Source: Myxococcales bacterium (GTDB taxonomy: Bacteria > Myxococcota > UBA727 > JABDBI01). Taken from it: 49,282 bases of DNA. Made by a program: the position numbers and the translations under genes. Each line of letters begins with the position of its first letter. Within the stretch, counting starts at the first letter, position 1. Below, in pieces: positions 39,345-49,282 of this stretch. The notes under the pieces were generated by a model that saw only the letters and a program-made list of their open reading frames with translations, did not search any database and was not told where the DNA came from. The stretch lies in the NCBI GenBank assembly GCA_023248655.1, contig JAHFEE010000002.1, positions 1 through 49,282 on the forward strand. The letters run 5' to 3'.

Positions 39345-40163
39345 TCATAATGTGCTAAAATTTGAAATATTTTTAAGCCATAATATTATTTGCTTTCCAC
39401 CTAACGTTGACTTCCATGGATCAATCAATTCTGTTACAGATTGAATTTGTTTTAATAATTCCATTTTACACGAAAGCACAGGATCTTTGTGTCCTGTGCT
39501 TATCATAAGATTCATGTATGTTGATTCTGAATTTTCCGAATCTTCAAAAATATCCTGCAATTCATCAATTAATTGAAATATTTGCCCTATGTGTTGGCCG
39601 ATTATTTTAAAACTAATCACTGCTTCCAAGTTTCCACAATACAAAGCTACAGATGTTCCACAAAAAGAAAACAGTGAACCCGTCTTTCCTATCACCATAG
39701 ATCTCCAATTGTTCAAATTACAATTTGAATAATTTCGCATCGAAATTTCAAGCATTGCCCCTTCTGTCATGTCCTTGATGACGGAAATGGCTTCTTGAGT
39801 TATAGTGGGCGGAAATTGCTTTAATTGCTCAAATGCTTTTACCAGCAAATAATTTCCTGATAAAATTGCAATGGAATTGCTCCATTGTGAGTTTACGGTT
39901 GGAATTCCACGTCTAATCTTACCTTCATCAATAACATCATCATGTAAAAGACTGGCTGAGTGAATCAATTCGCTTGTTATTGCTAATTGAAAAATGCTTT
40001 CAATTGGGATATTTAAAGCATTTGCAAAATAGGCAGTTAACAGAGGCCTTACTCTTTTTGCGTTTGCAGAAATACACAAATGGGAACTGGCTTTATTAAG
40101 AACTGTGTTATGTTTAAATATAGAGCTTAGGGAAAAATTGATTTTTTTAAGAAAGGCCTGCAT
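39345..40163 (-). CDS. trans-Polyprenyl diphosphate synthase family protein (divergent)
   Basis: The first Asp-rich motif, LLHDDVIDEGKIRRG, is intact. The second motif is FQLIDELQD rather than FQxxDDxxD. At 272 aa it is shorter than typical IspB/HepT. Confidence 0.7.
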   Translation of the reverse strand: MQAFLKKINFSLSSIFKHNTVLNKASSHLCISANAKRVRPLLTAYFANALNIPIESIFQLAITSELIHSASLLHDDVIDEGKIRRGIPTVNSQWSNSIAILSGNYLLVKAFEQLKQFPPTITQEAISVIKDMTEGAMLEISMRNYSNCNLNNWRSMVIGKTGSLFSFCGTSVALYCGNLEAVISFKIIGQHIGQIFQLIDELQDIFEDSENSESTYMNLMISTGHKDPVLSCKMELLKQIQSVTELIDPWKSTLGGKQIILWLKNISNFSTL

Positions 40164-40395
40164 TAAGTATCTCTACGATTTATAATTAGCGCAAATATTT
40201 TTCTTTTAAAAGATTTAATTGGTTTTAAGAAATCAAAATTGTACTTTACTTAAATTTAAAATTTAAACAATACGTTTATTGTTTATCATATTATTGTAAA
40301 TCGTATTATTTGAAAGCATTTAATATAAAACAAACGTCATTTTGAATTTATACCATTAATTTGAAATGATTAAAAAAGGAAGATGAGGTAATATT

Positions 40396-41439
40396 ATGTC
40401 TGGAAGTTCTTTTGGTAAATTGTTTCATATAGTTACGTTTGGCGAATCGCATGGTCCTGGTGTTGGAGTAGTAATAGATGGTTGTCCTGCTGGTTTGCTG
40501 ATAGACTTAAATGATATTCAAAAAGAAGTTGATCGCCGACGTCCCGGTCAATCAGTTATAACATCAGAAAGACAAGAGAATGATATTGTTGAAATTATAT
40601 CAGGAATACATAACGGAAAAACCACAGGTTCTCCGATAGCCTTAATTGTTAAAAATTTAGACAAGCGTTCTGAGGATTACGATGAAATAGAAACACATTT
40701 TAGACCTTCTCATGCTGATTATACATATCAAATTAAATATGGTTTTCGAGATCCAAGGGGAGGCGGTCGTTCTTCAGCTCGTGAAACCGTTGCACGGGTT
40801 ATGGCTGGAGCAATTGCTAAAAAATTTTTAGAGAATTTTGGAATTAAAATTTTTTCTTTCGTATCTCAGGTTGGGTTAATTAAAATACGTTCATCAATTG
40901 ATAAATTAAACCCAAGACTCATTGAATCTAATTTTGTAAGATGTCCTGAGGTTGCAACTGCTAAAAAAATGATTCGCTTAATTGAAGAAGTTAAAAATGC
41001 CGGCGATAGTATTGGCGGTATTATAATAGGTGTTGTTAAAAATTGTCCGCCTGGGTTAGGAGAACCTGTTTTTGATAAACTACATGCAGACCTAGCGAAA
41101 GCCATGTTGAGCATCAACGCAGTTAAGGGGTTCGATTATGGTTCTGGTTTTGATGGTGTAGGAATGACCGGATCAAAGCACAATGATAAATTTGTAACAA
41201 AGTCCAACAAACTAAAAACACTAACAAATTATTCGGGAGGTATTCAGGGTGGAATCTCCAATGGAATGGATATTTATTTTCGAGTTGCATTTAAGCCTGT
41301 TTCAACATTGCGCAAGGAATATAAAGGAAGACACGATCCCTGTGTGCTTCCCAGAGCGGTTCCAATTGTTGATGCAATGGCGGCACTTGTTATTGTTGAT
41401 CATGTTTTAAGATTTAAATGTTCTAATTTAAATTCATAG
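40396..41439 (+). CDS. aroC: Chorismate synthase
   Basis: Contains [34 protein letters not shown] and GRHDPCV. GGAAGATGAGG Shine-Dalgarno-like sequence upstream. Confidence 0.93.
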   Translation: MSGSSFGKLFHIVTFGESHGPGVGVVIDGCPAGLLIDLNDIQKEVDRRRPGQSVITSERQENDIVEIISGIHNGKTTGSPIALIVKNLDKRSEDYDEIETHFRPSHADYTYQIKYGFRDPRGGGRSSARETVARVMAGAIAKKFLENFGIKIFSFVSQVGLIKIRSSIDKLNPRLIESNFVRCPEVATAKKMIRLIEEVKNAGDSIGGIIIGVVKNCPPGLGEPVFDKLHADLAKAMLSINAVKGFDYGSGFDGVGMTGSKHNDKFVTKSNKLKTLTNYSGGIQGGISNGMDIYFRVAFKPVSTLRKEYKGRHDPCVLPRAVPIVDAMAALVIVDHVLRFKCSNLNS

Positions 41440-41703
41440 AACTGTTGTGTTGTTTCTAGGATTTTCAACATAATCATTCAATAATTTTAAGCAAGTTTTG
41501 AATTGAGAATTACAATTTATTATAATATGTTGGCTAAATTTAGTCTACTAATATAATAATATATGCACCACATATATGTATTGTTATATAAATTGCAGAA
41601 TGTAATATTTGATTTCATTATTTAATGATTTGTAAAATATCAATATTAAAATGAATCTTGACCAATTGTTGCCAATGTGACAAGAATTAGCCAAAAGGTG
41701 TAT

Positions 41704-41774
41704 GGTGCTGTGCCCGAATGGTTAGGGGGCGGTCTGCAAAACCGTTTACGTTGGTCCGATTCCAATCAGCACCT
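41704..41774 (+). tRNA. tRNA-Cys (anticodon GCA)
   Basis: GGTGCTGTGCCCGAATGGTTAGGGGGCGGTCTGCAAAACCGTTTACGTTGGTCCGATTCCAATCAGCACCT. Acceptor is GGTGCTG/CAGCACC, anticodon loop CTGCAAA, and discriminator U73 (a Cys identity element). The T-loop reads TCCGATT, which is atypical. Confidence 0.85.
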
Positions 41775-41783
41775 TAATAGCTA

Positions 41784-42725
41784 ATGAAACCTGTAAACGC
41801 GATTGCTTATGCGAATATTGCGTTGGTGAAATACTGGGGCAAGGCGTGTGTAAATAAAAACATACCCCAAACTGGCTCTTTATCATTAACGCTAAATGCT
41901 TTTTATACAAAAACAACCATAACTTTATCGTCAAAGGATAGATTTGTGCTGAATGGTATTGAACAATATTCTGATAGATTAAATAAGGTAATTTCTTTTT
42001 TATCACTAGTGCGTCCGAAAGGTTTATTCTGTGAGGTGGTTTCGGAAAATTTTGTTCCCACGGAAAGCGGTTTAGCTTCTTCTGCTTCTGGTTTTGCTGC
42101 ATTAGCGTGCGCTGTCGATAAATTTTTTAAGTTAAAACTTTCCAGACAATCTTTAAGCAAACTTGCTTGTTTTGGATCCGGATCTGCTTCGCGGAGCATA
42201 TTTCCAGGATTAGTTTTGATGAATTCAGATGGCTACTCAAGGAAAATAATTAATACATTAGATTTGAGTGTAGTTGTTGTTGAATGTGGAATTGGTAAAA
42301 AAGTTATTAATTCAAGATCTGCGATGAGTATTACATCGTTAACCTCTCCTTATCACAATGCTTGGATATCTAACCATTTTATAGATTTGAAATCAGCGAA
42401 ACAAGCTATTGTAACAAATGATTTCGACAAATTAGGTAAGATAACAGAGCGCTCTGCTCTTAGAATGCATGCAAATTTAATGGCGGCTGATCCTGGATTG
42501 TGGTATTTTAAACCATTAAGTTTGAAAATAATGTCTCATGCGCGTAAACTTAGAAATGAAGGACTGGTAGGTTATTTTACGTTGGATGCAGGTCCCCATG
42601 TTAAAGTAATATGTGAATCTAAAAATTCAAATATTTGGAAGGTTGAACTTGAGAAAATTCCAGACATAATTCAAATCACCGTTTCAAAATTAGGCCCTGG
42701 TGCTTATTGTGAATATGGAAATTAG
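41784..42725 (+). CDS. mvaD: Diphosphomevalonate decarboxylase
   Basis: Contains AYANIALVKYWGK, the GHMP motif ESGLASSASGFAALA, and GSGSASRS. Confidence 0.88.
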   Translation: MKPVNAIAYANIALVKYWGKACVNKNIPQTGSLSLTLNAFYTKTTITLSSKDRFVLNGIEQYSDRLNKVISFLSLVRPKGLFCEVVSENFVPTESGLASSASGFAALACAVDKFFKLKLSRQSLSKLACFGSGSASRSIFPGLVLMNSDGYSRKIINTLDLSVVVVECGIGKKVINSRSAMSITSLTSPYHNAWISNHFIDLKSAKQAIVTNDFDKLGKITERSALRMHANLMAADPGLWYFKPLSLKIMSHARKLRNEGLVGYFTLDAGPHVKVICESKNSNIWKVELEKIPDIIQITVSKLGPGAYCEYGN

Positions 42726-43590
42726 CGCTCCGGGTAAATTGATTTTAGCGGGTGAGTATTCTGTTTTAGAGGGTTTTCCGGCCCTGGTCACCACTGTAAG
42801 TAGAAGAGTAACTCTTAAAACATCTAACCGGAGACATTTTTCTAATCTTTGGAGTTTTGTTGGTAAAAATAAAATCGGTTATTTTACAATTAATTCAAAT
42901 GATTTTTATGAAAATAATTTTAAATTAGGCATTGGATCATCCGCGGCAAGCGCATTATGCATGGCCGCTTATCTAAATTCGAACAATGCTTTAAATATTG
43001 CTTTAAGCGGACATAGGAATTTTTCTTTAAATTTAGGATCCGGAATCGATGTTGTTGCTTCATATTACGGCGGTTTGATCGAATTTCAATTAGATCAGCC
43101 AGTTCAAATAATAACTAATATATTTTTAAATAATATCAAATTTTTTTGTGTATTTCTGGGAATTTCTCAAGATACTCGTTTTTTCCTAGATTCAGTTTTA
43201 AAATTTCGTTTAAGTAATTTTAGGTATTATATCAATTTATTGGAAAATCTCGGCAAATTGACTCATGTTTGGAAAAATTTTTATACGATAGGTTTAGATA
43301 TTTTGACCTTAAGAAAATTGGTCAATGAAAACAATAACATTTTAAGAGAGCTTGGTAAGAAATCAGGAATACATATTATCAATGAACAACATGAATGCCT
43401 GCAAAGAATAATGAGTCAATATGGAGGGTTTTCCAAGCCCAGTGGTGCTGGTGGAGGCGACATTTCGCTTTGTTTTATTTCATCTGATTTTTTTGAAATA
43501 TGTAGATCAAATCTTAAAAAGGAAGGATGGACGGTGCTTGATTTAGATTATTTCACACAGGGATTATTGATAAGTGACAATTTAAATTGA
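42715..43590 (+). CDS. mvaK2: Phosphomevalonate kinase (GHMP family)
   Basis: Contains APGKLILAGEYSVLEG, KLGIGSSAASAL and KPSGAGGGD, as in bacterial ERG8-type PMK. ATG 42715 overlaps the mvaD end by 11 nt, and GTG 42700 is an alternative start. Somewhat short at 291 aa. Confidence 0.75.
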   Translation: MEISAPGKLILAGEYSVLEGFPALVTTVSRRVTLKTSNRRHFSNLWSFVGKNKIGYFTINSNDFYENNFKLGIGSSAASALCMAAYLNSNNALNIALSGHRNFSLNLGSGIDVVASYYGGLIEFQLDQPVQIITNIFLNNIKFFCVFLGISQDTRFFLDSVLKFRLSNFRYYINLLENLGKLTHVWKNFYTIGLDILTLRKLVNENNNILRELGKKSGIHIINEQHECLQRIMSQYGGFSKPSGAGGGDISLCFISSDFFEICRSNLKKEGWTVLDLDYFTQGLLISDNLN

Positions 43591-43727
43591 TATTCGTTTA
43601 ATATAAATATCAAATAAGTCTTGTTGAAATAATTTAATATGCAAAAAATCATATGTGAGCATGTTTATTTTGTGTTATAATTCGTGTTATAAATTAATAT
43701 GATTGTTTTAGTTTGTATTTTATAACA

Positions 43728-44600
43728 TCAAGATGATAAATTTAGATAATATTTTTTATACGCTATCCACGTATTTTTCATCAACATTGCCAAAGTCATA
43801 GGCCCAATTCCACCAGGTACCGGAGTTATAGCTTTAATTAATGGCAAAACTGCATATGTATCAACGTCTCCCGTAATTCCGCCATTCGCTAAACGTGAGA
43901 TTCCAACATCTAAAATGACGCTGTTGGGTTTTACAAAATCTGCTTGAATGAGATGAGGAATTCCGGTCGCAGTAATTAATATATCAGCATTTCTTGTAAA
44001 ATCCTTTAAATTTTTCGTTTTACTGTTACATATTGTTACGGTTGCTCCTGAATTGATCAATAATTGAGCCATTGGCTTACCCACTATATTGCTTCTTCCA
44101 ACAATTACGGCATTTTTTCCAATTAAATTTACATTTATAGATTTCAATAATACCATACAGCCTTTTGGTGTGCATGGCACAAAGATGGGTTTTCCTATGG
44201 ATAATAATCCTACATTATTAGGATGAAATCCATCCACATCTTTTGACGGAATTATAGTTTCAAAAATTTTTTCTGTTTTGATTTGTCTCGGAAGTGGAAG
44301 CTGAACAAGTATTCCGTCAATTTGCGGATCCCTGTTGATTTTGCTAATCAAATTTATAAGTTCTTTTTCTGATATTTCTTTATTGAAATTAAAATTGATA
44401 TTTGTTATTCCAATATTGGTTGCTTGTTTATTTTTAATATTAATATAAATTTCAGAGGCGGAATTGTTGCCAACCAAAATTGTGCACAATGCTGGTTTGC
44501 GCAATTTATTTTTTCTAGTATAAAAATCAATATTAACGGCTAAATTTTTCATTATTTTTCTTGCCAATAAGGATCCATTTAATATTTTTTGGTTTTCCAT
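43728..44600 (-). CDS. folD: Bifunctional methylenetetrahydrofolate dehydrogenase / methenyl-THF cyclohydrolase
   Basis: Contains DGILVQLPLP, GRSNIVGKP and PVPGGIGPMT. Start set at ATG 44600, preceded by AAGGAAG. The ORF track extends to 44633. Confidence 0.9.
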   Translation of the reverse strand: MENQKILNGSLLARKIMKNLAVNIDFYTRKNKLRKPALCTILVGNNSASEIYINIKNKQATNIGITNINFNFNKEISEKELINLISKINRDPQIDGILVQLPLPRQIKTEKIFETIIPSKDVDGFHPNNVGLLSIGKPIFVPCTPKGCMVLLKSINVNLIGKNAVIVGRSNIVGKPMAQLLINSGATVTICNSKTKNLKDFTRNADILITATGIPHLIQADFVKPNSVILDVGISRLANGGITGDVDTYAVLPLIKAITPVPGGIGPMTLAMLMKNTWIAYKKYYLNLSS

Positions 44601-45016
44601 AATTATGCTTCCTTGTATTGTTGCTGTGAACAATTTTTTAATGAATAATCGCTTGATGATAAGTTTGATTATTTTCTCATTTAATCTAATCTATTGAATT
44701 TATCGTTTAGTCTATGAATCAAATTTTTCCGCTAAGCTAAAATAAGCATACAACAATGTGATACATTTGTAATATTGCCATATATTTGATTTGTATGGCA
44801 CTTATTGCAAAACATAACATAAACACTGTCCCGTTTGAGTTAGTTCAACCCATTTTTGATGTAAAAATGCTACCATATACTACTATGTCTTACAACGTAT
44901 CTTAGCGTACATCGCTTTTCTTACTTTCATATATCATAAGTGATAATAATTTATTAAACCTTGCAAACAATACCAGAATTTTATATTTGCAAATTTGTTA
45001 AGCAAAACAAAATCCT

Positions 45017-45045
45017 CTTGACTTACTTATCCTCGTGTTTACGAT
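45017..45045 (+). promoter_or_regulatory. Candidate groES-groEL promoter (CTTGACT-N15-TTACGAT)
   Basis: TTGACT at 45018-45023 and TACGAT at 45040-45045 with a 16-nt spacer, 36 nt upstream of the groES ATG. It matches the dnaK upstream block 20/29 with identical spacing. Confidence 0.35.
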
Positions 45046-45081
45046 GCCCGTTAGTAATTTTAAACAAGAAGGAGTTGTAAC

Positions 45082-45372
45082 ATGGCTCATATAAGACCTT
45101 TACATGATCGTGTATTAGTAAAACGTATTGAAAGCGAAGAAAAAACAAGTGGTGGCTTGTATATTCCGGACAGCGCAAAAGAAAAGCCCTTAGAAGGTGA
45201 AATTGTTGCGGTTGGATCAGGGAAAGTTTTAGAAGACGGAAGAATTAGGCCAATTTCGGTTAAGGTAGGAGACAGAGTTTTATTCGCAAAATACGCAGAA
45301 ACGGAAGTTAACATTGGAAACGATAAATTGTTATTACTTAAAGAAGATGATTTGTTGGGCGTTATTCTTTAA
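45082..45372 (+). CDS. groES: Co-chaperonin GroES
   Basis: [33 protein letters not shown] is the canonical Hsp10 sequence with its mobile loop. AAGGAG Shine-Dalgarno sequence upstream. Confidence 0.95.
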   Translation: MAHIRPLHDRVLVKRIESEEKTSGGLYIPDSAKEKPLEGEIVAVGSGKVLEDGRIRPISVKVGDRVLFAKYAETEVNIGNDKLLLLKEDDLLGVIL

Positions 45373-45401
45373 AAAAAAAACTATTTAAGAAAGAGGGATG
45401 A

Positions 45402-47081
<1,680 letters not shown>

Positions 47082-47117
47082 TAAATTAGCAGATTTTATG
47101 TTATTTATGTTGTATAT

Positions 47118-47148
47118 AAAAACCCTCTGGAAACGGAGGGTTTTTATT
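47118..47148 (+). terminator. Intrinsic terminator after groEL
   Basis: The stem is AAAAACCCTCTG / CGGAGGGTTTTT with a GAAA tetraloop, followed by a T-run. Confidence 0.8.
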
Positions 47149-47183
47149 TGTAGCACACAACCCCAATAAAGGAGAATTTTAAT

Positions 47184-47495
47184 ATGCTCGAATTTTTTAC
47201 ACAAAGCGGAGAAATTGGTAATATATTTTCAATGTTGCTATTATTTAGTGGCATGTTTGCAATTATGTACTTTGTTTTAATCCGACCACAACAAAAACAA
47301 CAAAAACAACATCAGGAATTGGTGAATTCTCTTAAAAAAGGTTACGAAGTTTTATTAACCAGTGGAATCGTTGGACGAATATTTTCAATTGAAGATAAAT
47401 ATTTAATAATCGAGATGGTGGATAAAAATAAAATAAAAGTAGTGAAATACGCAGTTCAAGCCCTGCTTGTCTCTGATGCAAAAAATGGGAAATAA
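47184..47495 (+). CDS. yajC: Preprotein translocase subunit YajC
   Basis: Has a single TM followed by LIRPQQKQQK...LKKGYEVLLTSGIVGRIFSI, the conserved YajC core. AAGGAGAA Shine-Dalgarno sequence upstream. Confidence 0.85.
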   Translation: MLEFFTQSGEIGNIFSMLLLFSGMFAIMYFVLIRPQQKQQKQHQELVNSLKKGYEVLLTSGIVGRIFSIEDKYLIIEMVDKNKIKVVKYAVQALLVSDAKNGK

Positions 47496-49255
47496 TGCAT
47501 ATGGCCAACATAACTGCAAGCTTAAAAATTAGAGTTTTTTGCCTTCTGTTTTTGTTGTGTTCTGCTATTTATATTCTTATTCCAACTATTATTTATTTTA
47601 GATTGAATGATGTTGAGTTGAAAGAAGTAAGACATAGTAAGGATAATTTTTATAGAATTCTGCCTTCTTGGACTATTAAAAACCACATTGTGCCTGGATT
47701 GGATTTGCAAGGAGGGGTGCATATAGTTCTTGGTGTTGATACAGATAAGGCGCTAAATGATAAAACAGCGCGCATTGTTGACTATATTAAAAATTCTGCA
47801 AGAGAAAAGAAAATTCAATTTTTAGACATCGACTCGGATTTTAGAGTTTCTTTTTTGAAAATGGATGATATGCAGCAGTTTTCTGATTTTCTAAATAAAA
47901 ATTTTCATGAAATTCGAATCATTTCGACTGATGGACTCATTTTTCAGTTAGACCTGGAACCAGACTTAAAACAAAATATACAACGTGACGTTGTTGATCA
48001 AACTGCAAACATTATTCAAGCTCGTGTTGATAAAATGGGCATAATCGAACCCAATATCTCAAAAAGAGGGCTGGATAAAATTCAAATTCAATTGCCGGGT
48101 TTTGATAATACAGAGGAAGCCAAGAATCTAATTGGACGTACTGCTCAACTTGAATTTCAGGTATGTGATGACAAAACGGAATTTTTAACAAATCTCAATG
48201 ATTTTCCGAAAGATGTTCATGTAATTAATAACACATACAAACGCCCTAATGATACATTTGGAAGAGATATTTTTCTTAAGTTTCCAAATGAAAAATTAGA
48301 AGAAGTAAAAACATATCTTTCAAACAAGGTGCCAGAATATACCGCAATAAAATATGGAAATCTTGACTCAGGTTACATTAGAACTTATACGGTTAATCAA
48401 AAGGTTTTTTTAACAGGAAATGAGTTAATTGACGCTTATGTTTATAATTCGAATGACTCCAATCCCGTTGTTTCGATCACATTTAATTCTGTTGGAGCAA
48501 AAATTTTTGACGAAATAACTAGACTTAACACTGGAAATAGAATTGCTATAGTTTTAGAAGATTACGTGAACAGTGCTCCAATTTTGCAAACACGAATCTC
48601 GGATGGTCGTGCGACAATCACGCTAGGCGGAAATCAAACGTATAGTGAAATTTTAAAATCCGCCAACCAGTTAGCTTTTGTTCTTAAATCCGGAGCCTTA
48701 CCGGCATCTGTGAGTTTTCAAGAAGAGCGAAGCATTGGTCCTTCATTGGGTTACGATTCTATTAAAAAGGGTAAATTGGCATTTTATATTGGAAGTGTTT
48801 TTGTTATGTTTTTAATGATTTTTTATTACAGACTATCTGGTTTCTTTTCAGTGGTTGCTGTACTTCTTAATCTATTGCTTATGTTGGCGTTTCTTGCATG
48901 GCTTGGCGCAACTATAACATTACCAGGTATAGCTGGTTTGTTATTGACTTTTGGTATTGCTGTTGATGCCAATATAATTATAAACGAACGCATTCGAGAA
49001 GAATTAAGAAAAGGCAGAACACCAAAAATTGCAATTTCTACTGGATACAAATCAGCATTTACAGCAGTTTTCGACTCTCACGTTACATCATTTATTGCTG
49101 GAATTATTTTATGGAAATTTGGAACAGGTCCTGTTCAGAATTTCGCAATGATGTTAATCATTGGAACAGTATTATCAATTTTTACGGCTATTTTCATTAC
49201 ACGTATATTTTTTGATATAATTACTAAGCGGAATCCATTAGAGTTATCAATATGA
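47495..49255 (+). CDS. secD: Protein translocase subunit SecD
   Basis: Has an N-terminal TM, a large periplasmic domain (LGLDLQGGVH, VDKMGIIEPNISKRG, ALPASVSFQEERSIGPSLG) and a C-terminal 5-TM bundle. TAATG overlap with yajC. Confidence 0.9.
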   Translation: MHMANITASLKIRVFCLLFLLCSAIYILIPTIIYFRLNDVELKEVRHSKDNFYRILPSWTIKNHIVPGLDLQGGVHIVLGVDTDKALNDKTARIVDYIKNSAREKKIQFLDIDSDFRVSFLKMDDMQQFSDFLNKNFHEIRIISTDGLIFQLDLEPDLKQNIQRDVVDQTANIIQARVDKMGIIEPNISKRGLDKIQIQLPGFDNTEEAKNLIGRTAQLEFQVCDDKTEFLTNLNDFPKDVHVINNTYKRPNDTFGRDIFLKFPNEKLEEVKTYLSNKVPEYTAIKYGNLDSGYIRTYTVNQKVFLTGNELIDAYVYNSNDSNPVVSITFNSVGAKIFDEITRLNTGNRIAIVLEDYVNSAPILQTRISDGRATITLGGNQTYSEILKSANQLAFVLKSGALPASVSFQEERSIGPSLGYDSIKKGKLAFYIGSVFVMFLMIFYYRLSGFFSVVAVLLNLLLMLAFLAWLGATITLPGIAGLLLTFGIAVDANIIINERIREELRKGRTPKIAISTGYKSAFTAVFDSHVTSFIAGIILWKFGTGPVQNFAMMLIIGTVLSIFTAIFITRIFFDIITKRNPLELSI

Positions 49256-49282
49256 ATTATAAAATGTTTCGTTTTTTCGATC
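49252..49282 (+). CDS. secF: Protein translocase subunit SecF, 5' end only (runs off the window)
   Basis: ATGA overlap with the secD stop. The frame (MNYKMFRFFD...) stays open to the window edge. The call rests on the conserved yajC-secD-secF order only. Confidence 0.5.
   Translation, partial: MNYKMFRFFD

Noticed and set aside
41746-42102. A 118-aa minus-strand ORF spanning tRNA-Cys and the mvaD 5' end; also 41903..42199.
   Set aside because: It overlaps a tRNA gene and a motif-supported CDS, and has no supporting features.
43672-43692. The direct 9-mer GTGTTATAA repeated with a 12-bp period between the PMK gene and folD.
   Set aside because: It is a short AT-rich repeat in a convergent terminator-less spacer, within what chance allows in this composition.
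44634-45081. A CIRCE/HrcA operator upstream of groES (and of dnaK at about 13521-13569).
   Set aside because: I looked for TTAGCACTC-N9-GAGTGCTAA on both strands and found no reasonable match.

Overview
This is an AT-rich bacterial chromosomal segment (roughly 30% G+C by eye) that uses the standard genetic code; TGA is used as a stop, for example at rpmA and the agmatinase-like gene. It is densely packed with core housekeeping genes. I support about 45 protein-coding genes and 6 tRNAs (Glu-UUC, Lys-CUU, Gly-GCC, Lys-UUU, Asn-GUU, Cys-GCA).

The protein-coding genes fall into these groups:
- Translation: rlmE, prfB, rplU, rpmA, rplC, lepA, cysS, rsmG, rsmA, valS, rpsU.
- Replication: gyrA, priA, dnaN, dut.
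- Chaperones: dnaK, groES, groEL.
- Secretion and envelope: lnt, lepB, secA, yajC, secD, the start of secF, glmM.
- Energy: atpB, atpE, gap.
- Cofactor and isoprenoid metabolism: nadD, ribF, folD, aroC, a menC-like gene, a polyprenyl synthase, and two mevalonate-pathway genes.

Lnt plus SecDF-YajC point to a diderm. That combination together with mevalonate-pathway genes and low GC is compatible with a Bdellovibrionota/Oligoflexia-like or similar lineage, but I cannot determine taxonomy from this window.

I see no integrase, transposase, CRISPR array, toxin-antitoxin pair or recognisable defence cluster, and no convincing novel multi-gene system. The window looks like ordinary core genome with heavily shuffled operon structure.

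The most notable unexplained structure is the 517-bp repeat-laden spacer between rsmG and dnaN, which I treat as a candidate origin or unwinding region with no adjacent dnaA. Lesser curiosities:
- A solitary rplC with a Lys-rich tail.
- An orphan atpB-atpE pair whose c subunit has a signal-peptide-like extension and a partial Na+ signature.
- A promoter-like motif shared by dnaK and groESL.
- A tRNA-Cys abutting mvaD, with an atypical T-loop.
- A divergent trans-prenyltransferase.
- A few orphan ORFs.
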